10,292 bases of DNA from Naegleria gruberi (taxonomy: Eukaryota): the NCBI GenBank assembly GCA_000004985.1, contig GG739026.1; one strand, 5' to 3'. The position numbers and the translations under genes were made by a program. Each line of letters opens with the position of its first letter. Position 1 is the first letter of the stretch. Below the pieces are notes generated by a model that worked only from the letters and a program-made list of their open reading frames with translations, was not told where the DNA came from and ran no database searches. This document shows positions 1 to 9,715 of this stretch, in pieces.

Positions 1-223
1 GTAGGTATTATCACTATTCATGCATTGAATAACAACTTATTACCATTAGATTGTATTTATATTTAGTGCATCATGACTAACTTCTTCCCCTTCATCTTAG
101 CTTTGTTGTGGTGCAGCATTTCGGAAGAAGATAACTAATTGATTCTCTTTAATACCAAACACAATTGCTATATTATTAATACACAACTTTAAGTCTTCTT
201 AACGTTTGGTTGTTGTGATTAGG

Positions 224-292
224 TGTTGTTGTTTGAGTATTCACAGGTGAATCTTCATCTTTGAAATAATGTTCAAGTGCCAAACAACAACA
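224..292. repeat. 12-bp inverted repeat tgttgttgtttg (224..235) / caaacaacaaca (281..292) with a 45-nt spacer, built from (GTT)n/(CAA)n-like low complexity.
   Basis: The arms are exact reverse complements. The region also contains acacaac (181..187) and ttggttgttgtg (208..219). The microsatellite-like composition lowers its significance. Confidence 0.6.
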
Positions 293-1144
293 AGTTGGTG
301 ATATTATTTCGCATTAGTATTTCTATTACTACTTACAGTTTAATAGAATATATTCTTTCATCAAAACCATTGCAGTTTGTCTAATCTGTCTGCAGGTAGG
401 AAAAACAACAAATAGAGGGAATTCTATAAGAGAGGAAAGACAAGTCATGTAACTGTGTAATATAATAGCAATTAATACGTATATTATTTATTGATTTAAG
501 GATCTCAATAAATATTTCAAATTATTTCAAAATTGTAAAATTTAAATATTTTTTTACAAAATACTGCCAGAGTTAAATATTTCCTTTTTTGAACTAGAAA
601 CCAAACACAATATGAAATTCATCATGATTAGACATCACACCGTAAGTATTTATTGGTTTTATTTCAGCTTTAATCAAATGATCATGAAAATATTAATACC
701 TAAGTCAAAAGCAATTTTTTTGAAAGCAATACGATTTCGAATTAGAAATTTTGAACATTTCCTTTTTGGGATTCACTTAAGAAAACATGAATTAAAAACA
801 ATCAAATCATCCCTCCAGAGGTATTAAACACTTTCAATATAACATATGGTAGATTGTAATCAGTCTCAATAGATAAATATGTACATCTTCATCCAACCCA
901 AATCCTTAATTGTCAAGTTGGAAGGAATTTTTAATATCAAAAGCACTTATTTGAATTTCAATAGTGGTGTGCATAATCATTGATATTATGTAAACATTGT
1001 TGTTTAGATAACATTTTCAAACTCTAATGGGTTGATAAGAAGTTGTGGCCAAAAATTCGAAATAGGTTTATTTTTTTTAAAGTGGCGGAGCGGATATACA
1101 TAAACTCATAACTACAATATTAATATTATAAATTTGAATTCTTC

Positions 1145-1339
1145 TTACCTCGTTACAACTTCATAAAATTTCATCTTTCCATTCATAACTGAATTTTCAA
1201 TGTGTTCCAAAATGACGGAGTTTACTTCTCTTGTAGAAGCATATCTTTTAAAAATGTTAGTAAACTCTTTCCTTATTCCTGTATCGTTAGGGAGTGGAAT
1301 ATTGATAAGCTTATCTTCTATTGTAAAATCAGTAAACAT
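1145..1339 (-). CDS. Possible C-terminal coding exon or fragment (64 aa seen, ...KLINIPLPNDTGIRKEFTNIFKRYASTREVNSVILEHIENSVMNGKMKFYEVVTR). Its frame stays open upstream into the 1345..1672 gap. The stop codon coincides with an AG|GTAAGA donor-like motif.
   Basis: The translation has mixed, non-repetitive composition that looks coding. The reading frame stays open upstream of the first Met, where only 2 more codons are readable before the Ns (1340..1344), so the true 5' part is hidden in the gap. The 3' end reads acg AG|GTAAGA on the minus strand (plus 1141..1150). The TAA is therefore either a genuine stop or part of a splice donor, and I cannot decide which without expression data. Confidence 0.3.
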   Translation of the reverse strand: MFTDFTIEDKLINIPLPNDTGIRKEFTNIFKRYASTREVNSVILEHIENSVMNGKMKFYEVVTR

Positions 1340-1344
1340 TCCAG

Positions 1345-1672
1345 NNNNNNNNNNNNNNNNNNNNNNNNNNNNNNNNNNNNNNNNNNNNNNNNNNNNNNNN
1401 NNNNNNNNNNNNNNNNNNNNNNNNNNNNNNNNNNNNNNNNNNNNNNNNNNNNNNNNNNNNNNNNNNNNNNNNNNNNNNNNNNNNNNNNNNNNNNNNNNNN
1501 NNNNNNNNNNNNNNNNNNNNNNNNNNNNNNNNNNNNNNNNNNNNNNNNNNNNNNNNNNNNNNNNNNNNNNNNNNNNNNNNNNNNNNNNNNNNNNNNNNNN
1601 NNNNNNNNNNNNNNNNNNNNNNNNNNNNNNNNNNNNNNNNNNNNNNNNNNNNNNNNNNNNNNNNNNNNNNNN
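1345..1672. other. 328-nt run of N: assembly gap or masked segment, content unknown.
   Basis: Literal n characters. Any ORF shown as X residues across it is an artefact. Confidence 0.97.
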
Positions 1673-2236
1673 TCATAAGGAGAACATGAAAGCATAAGCA
1701 ATTGTTCTTATTTTGGATTGGTAAGGAGAGCTGAGAGCATTTCGCAAAGCTTCTTCCTTTTTGTTCTCTGAGAGATTTTAAAATAATATTTTAATAATTT
1801 TGTATAAAAACACACTAGTTCTTCACCATGTTCAGAACTCCCAAGAGATCAAAGTAATTTGTCATGTCAAGGTCGGTACACATTAGAGATTACACTATGC
1901 TAAATATGTGGAATCCATCAAGTTGGACAAAAACTTATCAAGTCAACTGTTTGAAGAAGCGACAGTTCTAGAAGAAGAGGAATCAAAGCATTACAAACAA
2001 CCAAACTTGAAACGAAATTTAAGGTCAAGTTTGAGAATCTACCTTGTTGATAGAAAGGCCTTCAAGAGAAGATGATGATGAAATTCTCACAAGCAAACAA
2101 GATTTTGAAGGAATAGAAAATAAATAAAGATTTATATCCTTTAAAGCAGGTTCCAAGGTTGATTCACCAAATGGTGTCTCAATCCTTGAGCTTTTAATCC
2201 ATTTGTCTTAATTTATTATTTTATTATTTTGTGATT

Positions 2237-3817
2237 TTAAAAACATTCAAATTGTTTCACTCTATAATGCATATTAAGAGTTTCCCAATAATTTCCTCCT
2301 AAACGAGAGGCTTTCTTTAATAGATAAAGTGAAAAATTATACCTATTTGTATCATTCCATCTGTGTCCGATCATTATGGCTGAAGTTGTTATCAACTTGG
2401 GATCATTAAACTGTTTCTTTGTGGAAATTCCCTTAATAAATGAAACCACCAATTCAATATCTTGTGCGGAAGAGCAAAATCTCAAAAACAATTTCAGTTG
2501 TCTTAGAGAATTTTCTAATGAAAGATAGATTTCGGCCGATTCTTTCTCTGTAGAATAAGAGTCTTGTCGAGAATAGGAATTCCTACTAGCCATATGGCCA
2601 ACAACAGCAGATGGAGATTTCATTATTGACCGTATTCTTCTCATGATTGATCTAGTGTAAATGTCTCCAATCAATACACCAATAATGGAGAAGATAAGTG
2701 ACAATCCAAGAACTATTCCGAAAAACATTGCAATTCCCATCATGTCTTCCATTTTAGAATTCACCAATGATGATACCAACACTCCAATGCTAGCACCAAC
2801 TGAGCAAAGTGTACTTGCAAAATGGATAGTATTCTCAAATCTTCTGAAATAGGATAATGTATAAATTTGCACAACAGCCACAACCAATGAGAGAATCATG
2901 TGTACTATTGATCTGATGTATAAGTATTGTGGTGGTATTACAAACATGAATAGAATTCTGAATAAAGTAACAGAGAATGTCACCATCGTAGAGAGTGAAT
3001 CTTCACATTGAAATGGAAGAGAGGTTTTGAGATCATTGATTGGCAAGATGAATGTATAAATTGCTGAAAAGCAACACAGCACAATCATGCCAACCAGACT
3101 AATTACTATCAGGACAATATTATTCGCTCCATAACACGTCTTGGAAGGAAATCTCATCAAGGTATAATCATTCAAATTACAATCAATAAAACTAGACATT
3201 ACAAACATCATGAAAGGAGCCATCAATAACATTACAAATGAATAAATAATCATGTAAAAATCAAGCTTTTCCTTCTTCTCGGCAAAGAATGATCGGGTCT
3301 TGAGTACCATTAGGAAGGGCAGTAACATTATCAAGACAATAAATAGAGCTATTAAGGCAATAAATAATTCATAGGGAGATCCCATAGCATCGATAGACAA
3401 TGTGAGCGGGAAATTTAAAACCCTAGCAACCCAACCTCCATAGAACCCAAATGGTGCTACAATCCGTGATGATAAGGTAGAAGCTGTATAATCATTAGAG
3501 TAGTAGGTTGATGAAAAATTAATAATCCATCCAATGAACATGTAATGTAAATGTAACCAACCAAACAAGACATAATATCTCCAACCCTTCATATGTGTAT
3601 CCGATACCTTTAAATTCACTAAATATTGCATCAAACTAGCATTGAAAATTCTCCTCAAATTAGATATCAATCCAGATTGTGAATTACTTGATGATAAGGA
3701 AGATGTGGATGAGCTTGATAATTGAGAGGCTGTATTTGAATCCAAGTTATTGTAGTTATTCAGGGTACCACCTATTGTTGTGGAACCATCATGCGTAACA
3801 GAGAACGACTCGTTCAT
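2237..3817 (-). CDS. Intact 526-aa multi-pass integral membrane protein (stop codon included). It has a Ser/Asn-rich hydrophilic N-terminus of about 80 aa, about 8 hydrophobic helices between residues 80 and 386, and a hydrophilic C-terminal tail of about 135 aa. Family unassigned; a 7TM receptor or PalH/Rim21-like pH sensor is only a guess.
   Basis: A 1581-nt uninterrupted ORF in DNA of about 33% GC, where stop codons are frequent, is very unlikely by chance. ATG context cgtagaaaATGaac has A at -3 and an A-rich leader. The translation has clear hydrophobic segments of about 20-27 aa: RYYVLFGWLHLHYMFIGWIIN, ELFIALIALFIVLIMLLPFLMVL, FYMIIYSFVMLLMAPFMMFVMSSFI, NNIVLIVISLVGMIVLCCFSAIYTFILPI, MVTFSVTLFRILFMFVIPP, IRSIVHMILSLVVAVVQIYTLSYF, STLCSVGASIGVLVSSLV and GIAMFFGIVLGLSLIFSIIGVLIGDIY. 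Basic residues (R/K) flank them, as expected for membrane topology. CTG is used for Leu inside helices, so the standard code applies rather than the CTG-clade code. The A-rich 3' region after the TAA (2212..2230 on plus is tttattattttattatttt) and a TATAAA on the minus strand at 4064..4069, about 250 bp upstream, fit a eukaryotic gene. Confidence 0.82.
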   Translation of the reverse strand: MNESFSVTHDGSTTIGGTLNNYNNLDSNTASQLSSSSTSSLSSSNSQSGLISNLRRIFNASLMQYLVNLKVSDTHMKGWRYYVLFGWLHLHYMFIGWIINFSSTYYSNDYTASTLSSRIVAPFGFYGGWVARVLNFPLTLSIDAMGSPYELFIALIALFIVLIMLLPFLMVLKTRSFFAEKKEKLDFYMIIYSFVMLLMAPFMMFVMSSFIDCNLNDYTLMRFPSKTCYGANNIVLIVISLVGMIVLCCFSAIYTFILPINDLKTSLPFQCEDSLSTMVTFSVTLFRILFMFVIPPQYLYIRSIVHMILSLVVAVVQIYTLSYFRRFENTIHFASTLCSVGASIGVLVSSLVNSKMEDMMGIAMFFGIVLGLSLIFSIIGVLIGDIYTRSIMRRIRSIMKSPSAVVGHMASRNSYSRQDSYSTEKESAEIYLSLENSLRQLKLFLRFCSSAQDIELVVSFIKGISTKKQFNDPKLITTSAIMIGHRWNDTNRYNFSLYLLKKASRLGGNYWETLNMHYRVKQFECF

Positions 3818-4525
3818 TTTCTACGTTTTTTTTAAGCTCCTCCAATTTAATAAGGCTGGTGGTTCGTGTTTGGTGGTGAGAATCTATGATGCACTGTTTT
3901 TGGTTGTACAACATGACCGTATTGCCAAGAGCGAAAAGGCCTTTTAAATTAATATTTAATTACTTGACGAGTTTGAAAGGTGAGAACAATAAAAAATTTT
4001 CAAACTCTTCATCAAAATCGTCTTCTTGTTCATCCAGGATTCAACAGCTGTTGTGTTTAATACTTTATAGTTTTGAAAAGCATTGAATACACAACATGAA
4101 AGTTTCATATGGAAGCATCATGGTTGGATTTTAGAAGATTTTATCACCAATTACGGATTTTGGAAAGCAATTATTATATTTATAAAAACTTTTTGTGGAT
4201 TCATGGCGTGAAACCTTCATTGAAAAGAGTAAACATCAAGAATACAACAATGAAGTGGGTATGTTCATGTTAATTCAAGAGGATGTTCAGCAATAGTTAT
4301 TTTCATTGTAATCAACAGCATGTAGAACAAAAACAACATCAATTCCTTGTTCTACACCATCAATTACATCACCCCAGAAAGTTCCAAAACTTTCCTTCAA
4401 GCAATAGTGAAGAGAGGGAGAAGATGAAAGTAAAATTAATATATTTGGTTTATTTTCGTCATATCATCCAAATTCTTTAAAAAATAATTTAAACTTTATC
4501 ACAAATAATATCATCATTCAATATG

Positions 4526-7500
4526 NNNNNNNNNNNNNNNNNNNNNNNNNNNNNNNNNNNNNNNNNNNNNNNNNNNNNNNNNNNNNNNNNNNNNNNNNNN
4601 NNNNNNNNNNNNNNNNNNNNNNNNNNNNNNNNNNNNNNNNNNNNNNNNNNNNNNNNNNNNNNNNNNNNNNNNNNNNNNNNNNNNNNNNNNNNNNNNNNNN
4701 NNNNNNNNNNNNNNNNNNNNNNNNNNNNNNNNNNNNNNNNNNNNNNNNNNNNNNNNNNNNNNNNNNNNNNNNNNNNNNNNNNNNNNNNNNNNNNNNNNNN
4801 NNNNNNNNNNNNNNNNNNNNNNNNNNNNNNNNNNNNNNNNNNNNNNNNNNNNNNNNNNNNNNNNNNNNNNNNNNNNNNNNNNNNNNNNNNNNNNNNNNNN
4901 NNNNNNNNNNNNNNNNNNNNNNNNNNNNNNNNNNNNNNNNNNNNNNNNNNNNNNNNNNNNNNNNNNNNNNNNNNNNNNNNNNNNNNNNNNNNNNNNNNNN
5001 NNNNNNNNNNNNNNNNNNNNNNNNNNNNNNNNNNNNNNNNNNNNNNNNNNNNNNNNNNNNNNNNNNNNNNNNNNNNNNNNNNNNNNNNNNNNNNNNNNNN
5101 NNNNNNNNNNNNNNNNNNNNNNNNNNNNNNNNNNNNNNNNNNNNNNNNNNNNNNNNNNNNNNNNNNNNNNNNNNNNNNNNNNNNNNNNNNNNNNNNNNNN
5201 NNNNNNNNNNNNNNNNNNNNNNNNNNNNNNNNNNNNNNNNNNNNNNNNNNNNNNNNNNNNNNNNNNNNNNNNNNNNNNNNNNNNNNNNNNNNNNNNNNNN
5301 NNNNNNNNNNNNNNNNNNNNNNNNNNNNNNNNNNNNNNNNNNNNNNNNNNNNNNNNNNNNNNNNNNNNNNNNNNNNNNNNNNNNNNNNNNNNNNNNNNNN
5401 NNNNNNNNNNNNNNNNNNNNNNNNNNNNNNNNNNNNNNNNNNNNNNNNNNNNNNNNNNNNNNNNNNNNNNNNNNNNNNNNNNNNNNNNNNNNNNNNNNNN
5501 NNNNNNNNNNNNNNNNNNNNNNNNNNNNNNNNNNNNNNNNNNNNNNNNNNNNNNNNNNNNNNNNNNNNNNNNNNNNNNNNNNNNNNNNNNNNNNNNNNNN
5601 NNNNNNNNNNNNNNNNNNNNNNNNNNNNNNNNNNNNNNNNNNNNNNNNNNNNNNNNNNNNNNNNNNNNNNNNNNNNNNNNNNNNNNNNNNNNNNNNNNNN
5701 NNNNNNNNNNNNNNNNNNNNNNNNNNNNNNNNNNNNNNNNNNNNNNNNNNNNNNNNNNNNNNNNNNNNNNNNNNNNNNNNNNNNNNNNNNNNNNNNNNNN
5801 NNNNNNNNNNNNNNNNNNNNNNNNNNNNNNNNNNNNNNNNNNNNNNNNNNNNNNNNNNNNNNNNNNNNNNNNNNNNNNNNNNNNNNNNNNNNNNNNNNNN
5901 NNNNNNNNNNNNNNNNNNNNNNNNNNNNNNNNNNNNNNNNNNNNNNNNNNNNNNNNNNNNNNNNNNNNNNNNNNNNNNNNNNNNNNNNNNNNNNNNNNNN
6001 NNNNNNNNNNNNNNNNNNNNNNNNNNNNNNNNNNNNNNNNNNNNNNNNNNNNNNNNNNNNNNNNNNNNNNNNNNNNNNNNNNNNNNNNNNNNNNNNNNNN
6101 NNNNNNNNNNNNNNNNNNNNNNNNNNNNNNNNNNNNNNNNNNNNNNNNNNNNNNNNNNNNNNNNNNNNNNNNNNNNNNNNNNNNNNNNNNNNNNNNNNNN
6201 NNNNNNNNNNNNNNNNNNNNNNNNNNNNNNNNNNNNNNNNNNNNNNNNNNNNNNNNNNNNNNNNNNNNNNNNNNNNNNNNNNNNNNNNNNNNNNNNNNNN
6301 NNNNNNNNNNNNNNNNNNNNNNNNNNNNNNNNNNNNNNNNNNNNNNNNNNNNNNNNNNNNNNNNNNNNNNNNNNNNNNNNNNNNNNNNNNNNNNNNNNNN
6401 NNNNNNNNNNNNNNNNNNNNNNNNNNNNNNNNNNNNNNNNNNNNNNNNNNNNNNNNNNNNNNNNNNNNNNNNNNNNNNNNNNNNNNNNNNNNNNNNNNNN
6501 NNNNNNNNNNNNNNNNNNNNNNNNNNNNNNNNNNNNNNNNNNNNNNNNNNNNNNNNNNNNNNNNNNNNNNNNNNNNNNNNNNNNNNNNNNNNNNNNNNNN
6601 NNNNNNNNNNNNNNNNNNNNNNNNNNNNNNNNNNNNNNNNNNNNNNNNNNNNNNNNNNNNNNNNNNNNNNNNNNNNNNNNNNNNNNNNNNNNNNNNNNNN
6701 NNNNNNNNNNNNNNNNNNNNNNNNNNNNNNNNNNNNNNNNNNNNNNNNNNNNNNNNNNNNNNNNNNNNNNNNNNNNNNNNNNNNNNNNNNNNNNNNNNNN
6801 NNNNNNNNNNNNNNNNNNNNNNNNNNNNNNNNNNNNNNNNNNNNNNNNNNNNNNNNNNNNNNNNNNNNNNNNNNNNNNNNNNNNNNNNNNNNNNNNNNNN
6901 NNNNNNNNNNNNNNNNNNNNNNNNNNNNNNNNNNNNNNNNNNNNNNNNNNNNNNNNNNNNNNNNNNNNNNNNNNNNNNNNNNNNNNNNNNNNNNNNNNNN
7001 NNNNNNNNNNNNNNNNNNNNNNNNNNNNNNNNNNNNNNNNNNNNNNNNNNNNNNNNNNNNNNNNNNNNNNNNNNNNNNNNNNNNNNNNNNNNNNNNNNNN
7101 NNNNNNNNNNNNNNNNNNNNNNNNNNNNNNNNNNNNNNNNNNNNNNNNNNNNNNNNNNNNNNNNNNNNNNNNNNNNNNNNNNNNNNNNNNNNNNNNNNNN
7201 NNNNNNNNNNNNNNNNNNNNNNNNNNNNNNNNNNNNNNNNNNNNNNNNNNNNNNNNNNNNNNNNNNNNNNNNNNNNNNNNNNNNNNNNNNNNNNNNNNNN
7301 NNNNNNNNNNNNNNNNNNNNNNNNNNNNNNNNNNNNNNNNNNNNNNNNNNNNNNNNNNNNNNNNNNNNNNNNNNNNNNNNNNNNNNNNNNNNNNNNNNNN
7401 NNNNNNNNNNNNNNNNNNNNNNNNNNNNNNNNNNNNNNNNNNNNNNNNNNNNNNNNNNNNNNNNNNNNNNNNNNNNNNNNNNNNNNNNNNNNNNNNNNNN

Positions 7501-8884
7501 NNNNNNNNNNNNNNNNNNNNNNNNNNNNNNNNNNNNNNNNNNNNNNNNNNNNNNNNNNNNNNNNNNNNNNNNNNNNNNNNNNNNNNNNNNNNNNNNNNNN
7601 NNNNNNNNNNNNNNNNNNNNNNNNNNNNNNNNNNNNNNNNNNNNNNNNNNNNNNNNNNNNNNNNNNNNNNNNNNNNNNNNNNNNNNNNNNNNNNNNNNNN
7701 NNNNNNNNNNNNNNNNNNNNNNNNNNNNNNNNNNNNNNNNNNNNNNNNNNNNNNNNNNNNNNNNNNNNNNNNNNNNNNNNNNNNNNNNNNNNNNNNNNNN
7801 NNNNNNNNNNNNNNNNNNNNNNNNNNNNNNNNNNNNNNNNNNNNNNNNNNNNNNNNNNNNNNNNNNNNNNNNNNNNNNNNNNNNNNNNNNNNNNNNNNNN
7901 NNNNNNNNNNNNNNNNNNNNNNNNNNNNNNNNNNNNNNNNNNNNNNNNNNNNNNNNNNNNNNNNNNNNNNNNNNNNNNNNNNNNNNNNNNNNNNNNNNNN
8001 NNNNNNNNNNNNNNNNNNNNNNNNNNNNNNNNNNNNNNNNNNNNNNNNNNNNNNNNNNNNNNNNNNNNNNNNNNNNNNNNNNNNNNNNNNNNNNNNNNNN
8101 NNNNNNNNNNNNNNNNNNNNNNNNNNNNNNNNNNNNNNNNNNNNNNNNNNNNNNNNNNNNNNNNNNNNNNNNNNNNNNNNNNNNNNNNNNNNNNNNNNNN
8201 NNNNNNNNNNNNNNNNNNNNNNNNNNNNNNNNNNNNNNNNNNNNNNNNNNNNNNNNNNNNNNNNNNNNNNNNNNNNNNNNNNNNNNNNNNNNNNNNNNNN
8301 NNNNNNNNNNNNNNNNNNNNNNNNNNNNNNNNNNNNNNNNNNNNNNNNNNNNNNNNNNNNNNNNNNNNNNNNNNNNNNNNNNNNNNNNNNNNNNNNNNNN
8401 NNNNNNNNNNNNNNNNNNNNNNNNNNNNNNNNNNNNNNNNNNNNNNNNNNNNNNNNNNNNNNNNNNNNNNNNNNNNNNNNNNNNNNNNNNNNNNNNNNNN
8501 NNNNNNNNNNNNNNNNNNNNNNNNNNNNNNNNNNNNNNNNNNNNNNNNNNNNNNNNNNNNNNNNNNNNNNNNNNNNNNNNNNNNNNNNNNNNNNNNNNNN
8601 NNNNNNNNNNNNNNNNNNNNNNNNNNNNNNNNNNNNNNNNNNNNNNNNNNNNNNNNNNNNNNNNNNNNNNNNNNNNNNNNNNNNNNNNNNNNNNNNNNNN
8701 NNNNNNNNNNNNNNNNNNNNNNNNNNNNNNNNNNNNNNNNNNNNNNNNNNNNNNNNNNNNNNNNNNNNNNNNNNNNNNNNNNNNNNNNNNNNNNNNNNNN
8801 NNNNNNNNNNNNNNNNNNNNNNNNNNNNNNNNNNNNNNNNNNNNNNNNNNNNNNNNNNNNNNNNNNNNNNNNNNNNNNNNNNNN
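4526..8884. other. 4359-nt run of N: assembly gap or masked segment, content unknown. It is large enough to hide one or more genes or a retroelement.
   Basis: Literal n characters. The track ORFs 4489..8916(-) and 4523..8905(+) exist only because Ns contain no stop codons. Confidence 0.97.
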
Positions 8885-9007
8885 TCTTCTAATTGTTCAC
8901 AATAATGTATAGTCAATCAAACAATTAAAGATGTAACATGGAGTACCTCACATCTGAACAACCTCTATTCACTTGTAAACAAGTTAATTGTTGAGAAAAC
9001 ATGGAAC

Positions 9008-9056
9008 ATGAAAGGATGGAAACAATTCCGAAATTGTCATGTTTCCATCCTTTCAT
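9008..9056. repeat. Perfect 17-bp inverted repeat (atgaaaggatggaaaca / tgtttccatcctttcat) separated by a 15-nt spacer (attccgaaattgtca). It could form a 17-bp hairpin or cruciform, or be a dimeric factor site or a small foldback/MITE-like remnant.
   Basis: Read directly: arm 1 at 9008..9024 is the exact reverse complement of arm 2 at 9040..9056. The chance of a 17/17 inverted match at this spacing in about 5.6 kb is negligible (4^-17 per position). Confidence 0.9.
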
Positions 9057-9140
9057 TGAATAATTACATATTTAATAGAAACTAAAAATTGTTTATTTTT
9101 GTACAAGGTGATGCAAGAGTAGGTACATTAATTAGTGAAG

Positions 9141-9199
9141 AATTTATTTTATTTTATTTTTTAACATTAATTTTTTTAATAAATTATTTAATTTCCAAA
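9141..9199. repeat. A+T-rich low-complexity tract with a short (TTATT/TTTTA)n pentamer run at about 9143..9162. It is intergenic and may be a nucleosome-depleted or 3'-end/promoter region.
   Basis: aatttattttattttattttttaacattaatttttttaataaattatttaatttcc has almost no G or C over about 60 nt. Confidence 0.75.
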
Positions 9200-9715
9200 A
9201 TAGGACAAACAATGTGGCTTAACAATTTCGAATAACTCAATTTACAGTATTACACACTGAACAGATTGTCTCAACCCTTTCCACTAACAAAATCATCAAT
9301 TGTAATCCAATCTTTCGAATCATTTCTAATACTCAAAATCTTTCGGCAATTCGAAACAACACAAGAATCGATATAATTTCCATAATTAAATACTTTTTCC
9401 AGCACGTTTACAATTATATTTAAAGTGTTGACTTTCACTTTCGAGACTAAACTTTCCCAACAAGGTTTTGATAGGAAACTCTTCAACACATGAAGAAAGC
9501 TTGCGACTCGTAAGGCAGGACGAAACTGGTTTTGGTTGTGGAAAGCAGACGAAATTCATGGAATAATAGTCAATATTTCGTGCATTATTTAAATATCCAA
9601 TAGAAATTGAGAAAAACTGTAGACTAAAGGTTTCGTACAATAAAACAAAAATTGTATTCATCTATACCAGTCTTTACCTTGCCAAATAAAATCATTAATT
9701 ACGCAAATGGTAATA

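Noticed and set aside
1-100. GTAGGT at the window start, then gACTAAC (75..81), a pyrimidine tract and TAG (98..100) resembling a 100-nt intron
   Set aside because: All three frames downstream hit stops within about 40 nt, so no exon can be supported, and the donor match sits at an arbitrary window edge. Kept only as a note.
612-827. 71-aa ORF containing a GTAAGT...TTTCAG micro-intron-like segment (639..667)
   Set aside because: The translation is low-complexity (Phe/Ile/Lys-rich). Removing the 26-nt segment gives an immediate in-frame stop (…HHT|L*), and 26 nt is below plausible intron length for fungi. This is most likely chance in AT-rich intergenic DNA.
1081-1100. agtggcggagcggatat resembling a tRNA 5' or A-box region
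   Set aside because: There is no B box (GGTTCGANTCC or its complement) anywhere within 100 nt and no cloverleaf-compatible complementarity that I could trace. No tRNA call.
1677-1695. AAGGAG followed 3 nt later by ATG (Shine-Dalgarno-like)
   Set aside because: The spacer is too short, the ORF is 3 codons (MKA*), and all other signals in the window are eukaryotic. A coincidental purine run.
1200-1701. Four six-frame ORFs (1200..1697+, 1202..1678+, 1318..1701-, 1329..1676-) consisting mostly of X
   Set aside because: They exist only because the 328-nt N-run contains no stop codons, not because of real coding evidence. Only the readable flank of the minus-strand 1145..1339 frame was kept, as a low-confidence fragment.
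2060-2110. tgatgatga run as a possible C/D-box snoRNA C box
   Set aside because: There is no matching D box (CTGA) or terminal stem at an appropriate distance. It is more simply a GAT/GAA repeat in intergenic DNA.
2661-2852. 63-aa plus-strand ORF inside the membrane-protein gene
   Set aside because: It is antisense to a far longer, well-supported ORF. This is a typical shadow ORF with no independent start context.
4489-8916. 1475-aa and 1460-aa ORFs spanning 4489..8916(-) and 4523..8905(+)
   Set aside because: These are artefacts of the 4359-nt N-run. The minus one even starts on TTG (RC of caa at 8914..8916), which shows the track allows alternative start codons. Only 9-10 real codons are readable at either edge.
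9141-9199. Possible ARS consensus (WTTTAYRTTTW) matches in the T-rich tract and at 485..555
   Set aside because: I checked several 11-mers (atttattttat, taaatattttt, tttattgattt) and each fails at the Y/R positions. No exact ACS match was found by eye, and a function cannot be inferred from AT-richness alone.
9271-9661. Overlapping short minus-strand ORFs (72 and 91 aa)
   Set aside because: They are short, sit in the TTCGAA/CpG-rich intergenic stretch, have no start context or codon bias and show no hydrophobic or domain-like pattern. The length is within chance for this composition.
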